A stretch of DNA of 64,000 nt, taken from assembly GCA_949358305.1 (NCBI GenBank), contig OX442314.1, positions 5,208,001-5,272,000 of the forward strand. Direction: 5' to 3'. Origin of the DNA: Strigamia acuminata. Taxonomy: Eukaryota. Of the stretch, positions 39,128 to 49,776 are shown piece by piece. Both the position numbers and the translations under genes were made by a program. Positions within the stretch are counted from its first letter, which is position 1. Each line of letters begins with the position of its first letter. The notes under the pieces were generated by a model, which worked only from the letters and a program-made list of their open reading frames with translations, was not told the DNA's origin and made no database searches.

Positions 39128-39735
39128 TTGACTTATCAGTCATAATCCAGACAGCAGAAAGACTACCCACCAAGGTACAGTCATGTTAAAAAAAACTGGA
39201 CCCTCACTCTATGCTGGCAATTGAAATTATGAGTAATTTCGTGTTTAGCCACTAGGTGAAACCAGACATCAACAGGTGATAATACTTGTATAATGCTTGT
39301 AAACAAGGGTATACTTGACCATGAGGTTAGGGTTAGCCACATGATCAAAACGGTCAATTTGCCTATTTTTACACTCAGCTCATGTGTTGCTCAAGTTACT
39401 AGAAGTAGCATCATTATGGTGAACAAGATTGGAAGTGTCCAGACACAATTTGTTTTGTCCGTCAACCCATCCTAGGACAAACTACCAACCACGTGGTCAT
39501 AGAACACATGATCGTAGAACACGTGGTCATCATTTACTGATGTGCCGTGTCATTACGCACGGCCCATTGGGCCGCTAAGGTTCCTGAAGTGTGCAGGGCA
39601 GACACTCTCTCCCAAGGTTGTAGCCATGAAGGATGGTTGTCCACAATGCTGGGTCCATCAAGACTCCTTCTTGGGCCATGCTGCAACCCATTGGTCCAGA
39701 GACCACTTCTGGGACTGCAGACCCTCTTAACATAT

Positions 39736-40718
39736 TGTAATGAGCCTGGATTATTGCTATCAAATTAATAACAGCAACAATTCTCTAAACTCATTAATGC
39801 TTAGACAAGACTTATCATAAAAATACTCTCTTTAAACTAAACTTCTTTATTCTAACTTAGAATAAGGTAAATTACAGTGATAAATAAGGCTTAATGGAAA
39901 TAAGAAATAAAATAATAGATGAAATGATGAAATAACTTCCAATCGACGTGGAAACGTTATCTTGACGATTCCAACGTTCTGGCGACGATTTCGGCTCGTT
40001 TCGTCGCGCTTCTACGGCTCTCTCCTCGACGCTCTTCTCGATATTCTCACTCACGGCGTCGCTCCCCGGTGAAACGGACTTATTCCGTGACTCAAACTCT
40101 CGAATTCCCTGGAAATCGTCTGATGCGAATCGACTCACGCCGACTCGCTTGGTCAACCGGACTCTTTCCGTATCGTCTACTACACGTTCTCCGCAACTCC
40201 GTCGTCGTGGCGGCGAAACTGCGACTCTTTCGCACAACAATCTCTTCTCAACAATGTCGTTGAGACAAGATGAAATCTCACAATTGTATTCGTACAATTG
40301 CAAGAATGGACTCTAGCTGGATCCCTCTCAGCAAGAGTGTGGCTTCCCGTGTCACTAGTTGTGGTGGCACAAGATGAATCTAGCTGGATTCTTCACAGCA
40401 AGATTATGAGTATAAAACTTCACTGAGGTTTTCACAAAATACTGGAGGGTTTCTCTGGGTTATTTTGTGTTGTTTCTCTGGCAAAGTTTGTGATCATACT
40501 GAGGAGTTCTCACTCCTCTCAGGACTCATTTCCTGTTTGGAGGCTTGTGGGCTGGTTACCCTGGCAACCACCCACATTTCCTCCCACTCTGTTCAGCTTT
40601 CTTGCCTGTAGACAGGAAGCATAAAAAATACAAAACTTCGACTTAAAATATAATAAATCAAAATATTATTTTACAGACTTTTTCTGTTGCTTCACTAGTG
40701 ACCACTAGGGTCACTACA
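39736..40718 (-). repeat. 3' LTR (983 bp)
   Basis: Matches 53832-54814 except at 39749 (g vs a) and 39975 (c vs t) by eye; AATAAA on the minus strand at 39851-39846. Confidence 0.98.
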
Positions 40719-40732
40719 CCTCCCTCCTTTTT
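40719..40732 (-). promoter_or_regulatory. Polypurine tract (AAAAAGGAGGGAGG)
   Basis: Pure purine run abutting the TG of the 3' LTR on the minus strand. Confidence 0.95.
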
Positions 40733-40764
40733 AGGAAGGATCTCCGATTCTTCCTTTTACTTCT

Positions 40765-43700
40765 CTACTCATCATTTCTGGACTCAAAGCTTGGACCTGG
40801 AATCTCGGATTCGGACACCGAAAATCGGGGCATGCCTTTCATGGGTCCAGATACTGCTCCATTATTTACATGAAACCATACTTCTTTAATGTGTTTCGTG
40901 CGTGGCCAAACTCGATCATAGTCCACGTCATATCTTTCCCGATTCCCTGTAGGTGCCCTTCGAACCGCAATGAGTCTTTGATGACGCACAATTCGTTGAG
41001 GCTCTCTCGACGAGTTTTCGAGCCACTTCAAAGCATCCCGACACAAGGTAGTGCTGTAAATCAACATTGTGCGGGTGGCGTCGGAGACTCTCAGTTTCGG
41101 GTACAGGTATCGAATCCTCCCGAAGTCCATGTTTTTGCTTCGTCTCATTCCAGTTTTTAATGGCTCTTTTGCTTTGGCAAGGCCACGACGCGATCCGTCA
41201 GTTTCTTTCGATGAGGAGTCGTCGCTTCGTCTGGACACTCCCTGCTCGGTGTTGGACTCTACACCGGACTTATTACTTGATTCTGCCCTTTCTAATGCCA
41301 TTCGATGAGCTGTAGGCGTGAACGTGGCTGATGGGGCCTTTTGTGTCGGAACTCGAAATTGCGGAGTTGGTTGCGACATCGCCAAAAATGTTAATGGACT
41401 TAATTCCATGGCTTCCTGAGTTTGGGGTTCGGGTGTCCAGTCAGGTAATGCCTGTGTCGAGAAATCTCGAAATCTCTGCTGGGCTGCCAGATTCGTGCGA
41501 TATTGGAGCCATTCTGCTCTCAGTCTTTGTGCGCTTTGAGATGGAGTTTCCCCACTTCTCAGGATCTCTCGAACCAATTCTGCTCGTAATTTTGGCGGAC
41601 TTCCCAATAGATTTTTCCAATTTCTTAACATCTCTCGTGGAATCCCCATCGGCTCTGTCCATACGAAACTTACCGCAATCAAAGTTGTTTCGTCAGTTGG
41701 GAATACCCCCGGAAACAAGAGTCTTATCAGTATTTTCCGAGCGAACGGCTTACAGTGCTCCAACCATTCGTCTGTCTGTGCTTCGAGGGGCTGTTGCACA
41801 AACTCGAGCGCAAGCTGTTTCATTTCTGCCAATGTCACTTGTAGTTGGACTTGCTGAAATTCATCCAAGTTAGGGGTCAACAGTCCTTGTGAGCTCATTG
41901 GAAATTTAATATACATTCCTCATAATGGCTCATAGTTTTTGTCATAATTCTCGTCTGGTTGCAGTGGAATGTTACCTTGCACAGTTGCAATGGCTGGTCT
42001 TGGCAATGTAAATTCAGTGTACGGACTAATTTCCGTTTGCGGCAACAAGTGTGGGTCCCTCTCGTTCATCACTTTAGCTTCACGAGGCTTCGCCTTCCTT
42101 GGGTCTCTCATTCGATGTGCTGGCCGCAATATCCTTTTCGGGCCTTGTCGTTTCGGCACTTGATTTTTCGATTTTTCCAACGCCTCTTCCAACGTCATTT
42201 TCTCCTGAATGATGGCAAATTTTGGAGGGGAAACTCTTTTCCGCGTTCTCTCTTCACGACGCTCATTTGGCGTTTCTTCCAAAGTGTGTTTTGATGGTTC
42301 CACATACTCGGGAAAACTCTCAAAAGTCAAGTCTTCTGGAGATGAGGCTCTGGGCGTCGGCGTCGTTGGCACGGATGTTGGGGTCCAGGTAATTGGTGAG
42401 TTACTCCCCTTTGATGGAGCTGTTTGAGGATGAGGAGTCTCTTGTTGTGGCGGAGTTTCCGGACGTGGTGGAGTTTCCTGACGTGGTGGAGTCTCCTGGC
42501 GTGGTGGAGTTCTAGGTCCCTTTGTTCTCTCCTCAGGCCTTTCTGCCTCACTCGACGTAGACTCTCGACATTCATCCATGACTACGTAATCTTCATCCCA
42601 CTTTTCATCTGCGGTGTGGAATGATGACGCCGATGACGAATCACTGTCTTGTGTGATTCGTACTCGAATCCCATCCTTTTTGCTCCTCAAAACTTCCCTT
42701 TTTGGACGCATCTTAGAATATCGATGACTGCTCACTGGACGTGGTTTGGAGTGCGACCTCTTTTCTGTCGAACTATTGCTTGTCTGTCGTCGATTTTCTG
42801 TTAACTGACGTTTTTTGTTTATCGGACTCAATTCCGGACTTCGACTGTCTCTTCTACGAGAAGAGGAAACATATTTTACTTTACGCCGCTCCGACGAGTG
42901 ACTTTGATGCTCCCTTGTTTCTTGTCGCATTCTTTCGTCTCGTTCAAGGGGTCTTGTTTCCCTACTTCGGTTTCTCGACGTACTTTGCTTCGGTGGAGTT
43001 TCTTTCCTCCGTCTGTCGCTTCCTCTGTACCGAAGTGCTCCTCGGGTCCTTGCTTCCCTTCCTCTTCGAGCTAACTCATGTTGTTCAGATCGGAATTCAT
43101 CGTAGTTTCTATCTCTAGAATGGTGACTTCTCGATGAATGATGAGGTTTCGGACTTAATTCCGATTTTTGTTGACTTCTGGACGCTGATCGACTTCTCGG
43201 ATGGCGTGCGGATGTTGTAGATCTTTCTGACCTCTCTGGCGGAGTCTTCTCTCGCTGCACCATACTTCGTGGTCGTCTTGACGAATACTCCACTTTTCGA
43301 GTTGTCTGGGGCGGTGTCTTTCTTCGACGCTCTGGACTTGGCTCCTGATCGGCCTGAGATCTTTTATCTCTACGCTCTTTTTCCTCCTTCTCTAGTCGTT
43401 GCCTTTTTACGTAATAGAGAGGTCCAAAGTCATCTCGCAACTCTGGTTTTTCCTTTGACACTGGAGTGATGTGGACACCAAGTACCCCTGCCATCGTCAA
43501 TTGATGCATTTTATATTGAGAGTCCACGTAATAGGGTGGTACAGTTTCCAAATCTGGTTCGTCCAGCAATGCCTGCTCCGCCTGCCATTTCGCCTTCTTC
43601 TCCAAATACTCGGCTGCCACATCCGCCATGCCCTCCTGAAGTCGATTCATTACTTGCCGTGCAAATTGGATTCGATTTGTCGCCGGGTCGCAATAGATGA

Positions 43701-44007
43701 CATAATCCTCCGCCTCCTCTGGAGTCATTGGGAAATCTTCACCTATTAATTCGTTCCAGATTGGTCCGTGTGTGTCCGTTAATATTGAAATTAATCGCAA
43801 CATTTCGTGGAAACACGTTTTGAAACCCTTGAATAGTCTCTTCAGGGTTCCCCAGCGTCGTTGCATGGCTAATGAGATGAATTGTCTGACGTTGGCTGGT
43901 TTGTAGCCTCTCCGCTCGAATATTCTTCTCAACTTTCGATGGATTCTTCCCCGATAGAAGGTTCGTGGGACTCTCGCGTTTTTGGGTAATGCGTCCCATG
44001 ACTCCAT
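40765..44007 (-). CDS. ORF3, unknown accessory protein of about 1080 codons (695 aa + TGA + Gly + 383 aa in one frame); Arg/Ser-rich, not Env-like
   Basis: The junction reads tta TGA gga ATG (41925-41914), so the two listed ORFs share a frame. It ends at TAG just before the PPT. No signal peptide or transmembrane stretch is visible. Confidence 0.85.
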
Positions 44008-44721
44008 TGCTTTCCTTGTCTATAAATTAAATTTCATTAATTTCTCATCTTTTACTAAATTATCCTCAATTGCGTGTGTCATTTTCTTAATTTTTACGTT
44101 TCATAAAATTCTCGCCAGATGGCGCTCTTTCGTATATCGCGACGTATTTTCATGTCGCTTTTCTCAAGTTTTTGCCAATTTTTACTAATTTTGTCACATA
44201 AAACTAATTATTTCTGATAGTTTTAACTTAGTTTTAGCCTTCTTAGCGATATTCCATGCTTATCTCGATCTTTTATCAGTTTTGTGATCGTGTCTCCGTA
44301 TTTACGACTTATTTCGCTTCGTCCCTTACAATCATCGATAAATTTTTACTTTTATGACACGCACAATTGATGAATAATTATAACTATTATTTTGGATCTC
44401 TTATCCTTAGTTTTCTCGACTTAATTCGATTTTTTACTACCTCTTCGTGTACTGGTTTCTTCGGTTTTGGCGGCGGTCGAAAATCTTGATTCATCGTGGT
44501 GTTGATGATTGTTCCGTCCGGACTTCCTTGTAAATCCTGTTATTTGTTCGATTGATGCTTGATCTATATTCCTTCAGCGTTTTTGTTGTTGTTTTGAAGA
44601 AGTCTTCACACATGTGATTTTGCTCCACGTTACATCAACATGTGGTTCGTTCGACCAATCACAATCGAGCTGCGACGTCGTCCACTTCCGGACTCCCGAG
44701 TGACGTCGCTACCTTCTATTT

Positions 44722-47700
44722 TTAGAGGTAGTCTGGAGGTTTAATCCTCCCTCTGTCTCGAAGTGGATATTTCTTCAAGACAGCTTTCTTTTTAATTGTT
44801 TTGGGTTGATTTTCGCGCAGATCTTTATATCTTTGTTTTGCTTTCACTTTTTTCACCACTTCTCCCCCCTTTTTAGGAAACGACGCAACTTGTTCGTCTG
44901 TTTCTACAACTAAATTTTCCGGAAAAAGTGGCGTTTCTTTCTGTGATTTTTTCTGCAAAGTTGCGCTTAAATCTTCATTAATTTCTTCACTTTGTTCGAC
45001 TTGCTGACCGCTTGGAATTGTAGATTCCCTTTCCTCATTATTTTCCGTGTCTGATGAACTTGGTGTTGTTTGTAATCCTTGTTGTTCTTGCGAAATTTGC
45101 GAATCTTGCAAATTTTGTGTTTGATCCAAAATTTGTGATTCCTCTGAATTTCCTTGATTTTGCGAATCGTCTAAATTTTGCATTTGACGCAAAGTTTGAG
45201 ATTCTATTGAATTACTGCCTCGTATTTGTTCATTCTGCACGTTTTGCGAACTCTCCATATTTGCAATTTCTTGCATTTCGGATGTTGATGGCTCGTCGAA
45301 CAACGTGTTAATAATTTTTCCTTCCGGGTTACTTTGTGTTTGGCCTTTTTCCCAAATTTCTTGATTAAATTCCGGGAAAAACGGCGTTAACTCGGACATG
45401 TGAATGGAACGTAAGATCTTATTATCTTTAAGTCGTCTTAATTTGACAGCTCCGCCCTGGTGGACTTTAATAATAACATATGGCCCACTTCTTTTGTCGG
45501 ATAATTTCGCAGAAATTCCCTGCGACGCTTTTGACAAAGTGTGATCTTCTTTCCATACGAGGTCATTTGTTCGAAAATCTTGGAATTTCCCATCTAATTT
45601 ATGGTTGTCCACACGCTCACGAAGGTCCATGATGTGTGCCATCATATGATGGTACGTGTCGCGAATGACCTTCTCCAATCGTTGGATGTAAATGTGCGGC
45701 TTATTTGGGTCAATTTTCAAAATTCCATCCAAAATTCGAGGATCCCACGGTATCCTGAATTCTCTGCAACAATTCAAGTATGCTGGCGAGTAATCTCGGC
45801 CTGTTGTTGCTGTTGTGCGTATACTAAACGCTATCTCTCTTAGATATTCGTCCCAGCGTTTGTGGATCGATGTGTAAATTGACAAAATATATTTCAGGTC
45901 TCTGTTGGTTCTTTCCACTGTGTTGGCTTGGGGATGATATGGTGATGTAAATCGCGGCACAATTTTGAACTTTTTACAAAATTCATGATAAAGTCGTGCT
46001 TTAAATTGCGGTCCGTTATCCGATATAATCCGGAGCGGAAATCCCCAGCCCATGCATGTGTCATACAAACAGTCCGCTATATCTTGTGCCACCGGGTCTG
46101 CCAGTGGATAAAGTTCTGGCCAACGAGTGGCTATATCCAAAATCACCAAGATATAGTTATTTCCTGTTTCCGTTCTAGTTAACGGTCCTACTAAATCGAT
46201 ACTCAAACATTCAAATGGCGCATATGGGCCGATTTGAGCTGGTTCCACTCGTGTTTTTGTTCTGGGTTTGCATGCTTGGCAGCGAGAGCAATGTTTAATA
46301 AATCGAGCTGTATCTCGTTTCATCCCTTCCCACGTATACACTTGTCGCATACGATAAAGTGTTCGTGCTATTCCGCAGTGGCTCGCCAAAGGATGTCCGT
46401 GCATTTGCCACAGAACTCTAAATCTTAATGATCTCGGCACTACAATTTTAAGTGCTCTCGAATCCTCTGTCAAATCATCCGACATTGTTGGGTGATATTT
46501 GAGTAAAAGGTTTTCCTCTACAATGTGTTTCGTTGCCAAGATGCGATATTTTTTCCTATGCAACGGAGTTTTCACGTATGTGGGAAATTGCTCAGTCTCA
46601 AGATAATGTCGCATGGCCTGACAGTGGCGGTCTTTGATTTGGTGATCAACGAGCTCTTCTCGTGTCGGCGGTGTGCAGTTCGCCTGTTCCGTCACTTTTG
46701 CAATAAATGCCGTGACCATCTCGTTTTCGGAAGTTGGCATGTACTGCCATTCTTTCTTTTCTTTTGGACTTGTTTCCATCTCTTCACTAGGCGCACTATA
46801 CACCTGACACCAATATGATGCAACTTCTTTGTCTACAGTCAATGGTCGTGGCAATTGATTCCAATTCCCCACCACCCATTTGCGTGGCTCAGTTGGACAA
46901 TATCTCAGATCGCCGTCGGCTTCTCCTGTGTCCTCCGCGTCGCAAATTATCTGAATTGGTGCCCTGGACAATGCGTCTGCCAAAGTGTTGGTTGTCCCTT
47001 TCAAATACTGAATTTGGAAATTGTAAGACATTAATTCCATCTGCCAACGGGCAAGACGGCCTGCTGGCTCTTCCAGTCTCATCAACCATTTCAGCGCCTC
47101 ATGGTCAGTTTGTACGACGAAGCTCGTAAACTCGAGGTACGGTCTAAATTTTTGTAGTGCTCATATGACGGCTAAACACTCGAGGTCGGTGGCGCTATAA
47201 TTGAGTTCTGCCTGCTGCAGACATCGGCTGATGTAAACGCATGGCGATTCTATCATCTGTCCGTCAATTTCCTTCATCTGCATTAAAGCGGCGCCCAAAC
47301 CCTTTTTGCTTGCATCTGTTCTTACGATGAAAGATTGATGTAAATTCGGCAAGTGCATTGTCTTTGCATCAGTCAATAACTTTTTTATTTCATCAAATGC
47401 AACTTGGTGCTCATTTTCCCATAGGAACTCTATTCCTTTCTTCAACAGTGGGCGTAGTGGTGCCGCTACAGTTGCCAAATCTTTCAGAAGGCGGTGGAAA
47501 AAGTTGACCATTCCGAGGAATCTCTGGAGCTCAGTCAAATTCTTTGGCGCTGGAAATTCCGAGATTGCCGCTACTTTCGCGGGGTCTACACTTAATCCAT
47601 TAATTCCTAATTTATATCCTAGGAATTTGAGTTCTTTTCTGCAGAATTTGGACTTGGTCGGATTCACATGTAATCCGGCTTGCTGTAGTTTTCCCAATAC

Positions 47701-49776
47701 TGAGTCCAAGTGCTTCATATGCTCAGCATATGTCTTTGATACGATCACTATATCGTCCAGGTAGGCCCAAGCATATTTCCTGAATGCTTCGCCTAATACC
47801 TTTTCAATCAATCGCTGAAACGTTGTCGGCGCGTTGACCAGCCCGAAGGGCATGACATTGAACATTAAACGGCCCATGGGGCTCCAGAAAGCCGTTTTTG
47901 GGCGATCTTCCGGTCTCAAATCTATCTGCCAATAGCCCTTTGTTAAGTCAATGGTCGACACCCATTGGAATTCTCCTAATTCTCTTAAGATTTCCGTAAT
48001 GGTCGGCATTTGTGGTGGGTCATAAAGGGTGTGTTCGTTTAGCGCTCTGTAATCGATACAGAGGCGTGGCTCCGAACCTGGTCTCATTACCAGTACGATT
48101 CGCGTTGCGTAATCCCCTTCAGCTTCCGATACATAGCCTTTGTCGATCATCTCCTGGCAGAGGGTCCTTAAAATTTCGCGCTTCTGTGGGTTCCATGATT
48201 TAAATGGAACTCGGATCGGTTTATCCGTGTCTAAGTTTATCGTGTGTTGGAGCACGTGTGTTTTTCCAGGATTCTTGCTGAGTATCTTCTCATATTTTCT
48301 CAGCACATGCTCCAATTGTGCTGCCTCTGTTAACTGCAGTTTAGCTTCTTCGATCATGTCATGGACTCCATTTCCAACCTTCAACCTTGCCTCGAATGCA
48401 CAAAAGCTACTTTCTTTTCTAAATGTCTTCAAAGACGATTCAGGCTCTTCTTTCTTTTGCTCATATTTATCAAGAAGATACTGTGGCATGTAAGGTTGCG
48501 GCACATCGATTGTCGTGATGAAATTCCATTTGCCGTTGAGTGGATTCGGCTGTATTTTCATCCTTTTCATCGCGTCGTTGCCGATTAACATGAACTTCAT
48601 GTCGTGAGGCAACACGAGAAAATATTGCTGCATCATCCCATGAGTCCATCTGATCATCATTCTTATTGTCCCCATAGGTTGGACCTTTTTGTTCGCTGTA
48701 TTTATAGTCATGTTGGCTTTGAGGGGCCAAACTTGTTTCTCCAATCCCATCGCTTGAATCAGTGGCCAAGAAATGCAACTGCGGTTGGCGCCAGAATCCA
48801 ACATCGCGGCGATCGAACCTTGTTCTGTCTTGATGTCAATGGTCGTCATTCCCTCTAAAACATCTTCTTCAGGGAGTAAAATGTTAAAGACTCTAATTCT
48901 TGGTCCTTCTGGCTCCAAAGTTGTTAGTTCCTTTAGGAGTGGGTCCCAGTCCACTGGTTCAACCGATGTATCAGTCATCCAAGCCGCTATTGATGGAGTT
49001 TCTTCATAGGTCTTTTTTACCTTTGTCCAAAAAGTAGTCGCCTCATTTTCTTGTACCAATTTTACATCTTTTAATGCTTCGGTCACTTTGACTGTGAAAT
49101 ATGATTTGTCAAATTCATTTGACCGGTAAGCTTCTTGTATTACAGACGGGCAATCTTTTATTTCTAAAGGTGGGAATCTCATTCCAACGAGTTGTCCACA
49201 CTCCATGTCGCAAATCATTTCCCCTCTTTTGGGCATCGTGCCGATTGCTTCTGGTGGCGTAAGTATTACAGGAATAGTTGTATTTTTTAGCGGTCCATTA
49301 TCGTATAAATTATCTGGTTTTGATGAACACCCGGCTACTTCCGGTTTTGGTTCCGTTGTTGCTTTTGGAGCTGGAAATTTTATTCCCACAACTTCACCAT
49401 CTTCGAAATCAACAACTATTGTTCCTCTTCCACCTTCCAAAGTTCCAATTACTTTGCGTGGTTTTTCAATCAATTCCGATTGCACATATTCTCCAGTTTT
49501 GCTATCCTTGATGAACCGTGATCCTGAAGGTGCTTTTGCTGTTGGTTGAGTCTCTTGGATGTCTTCAGTCAGATCTTGTGACTCCACCGATGTTTTTAAT
49601 ATTAATGAAGTCTCTATTACTTTTTCATCTATTGATTGGGTCTCCGATAACCCTTCTGAATTCTCCACTACTTCCACGGATAGAGCTGTTGTTGGTTGGG
49701 CATCTTGCAGTTTTTCCGAATTTTTTGTCAGCGCGAGCTCTACTGCTTTTCCTGAGCCCGCGCGTTCAAGTTTTTT
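44722..49776 (-). CDS. pol: Pol polyprotein (protease, RT, RNase H, integrase with GPY/F motif), -1 frame relative to gag, one in-frame TGA at 47163-47161
   Basis: LDSGA (~48797), IDLTKGYWQI, MPFGLVNAP, YLDD (47763-47752), TDAS, ECLAVI*ALQKFRPYL...TDH, H-H-C-C zinc finger, DLVGP / SDNGPQF / VER catalytic DDE, and SGPY. Confidence 0.97.
49731..49776 (-). promoter_or_regulatory. Programmed -1 ribosomal frameshift signal
   Basis: A AAA AAC in the gag frame (49776-49770), a 6-nt spacer, then a 10-bp stem gcgcgggctc / gagctcgcgc (one G-U pair) with a 13-nt loop; the pol frame is open from 49797. Confidence 0.88.

Noticed and set aside
39872..40303. 143-aa ORF present in both LTRs (also 53968-54399)
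   Set aside because: It starts at TTG, has no recognisable motif, and is duplicated only because the LTRs are.
41331..41873. 180-aa antisense ORF and other plus-strand ORFs over gag, pol and ORF3
   Set aside because: These are shadow ORFs opposite long coding frames with no independent features.
40765..44007. ORF3 as an envelope gene
   Set aside because: No signal peptide or hydrophobic TM anchor, and a highly basic low-complexity composition.
44722..45330. Chromodomain at the integrase C-terminus
   Set aside because: The tail is Q/S/E-rich low complexity ending in YPLRDRGRIKPPDYL, with no chromodomain aromatic pattern.
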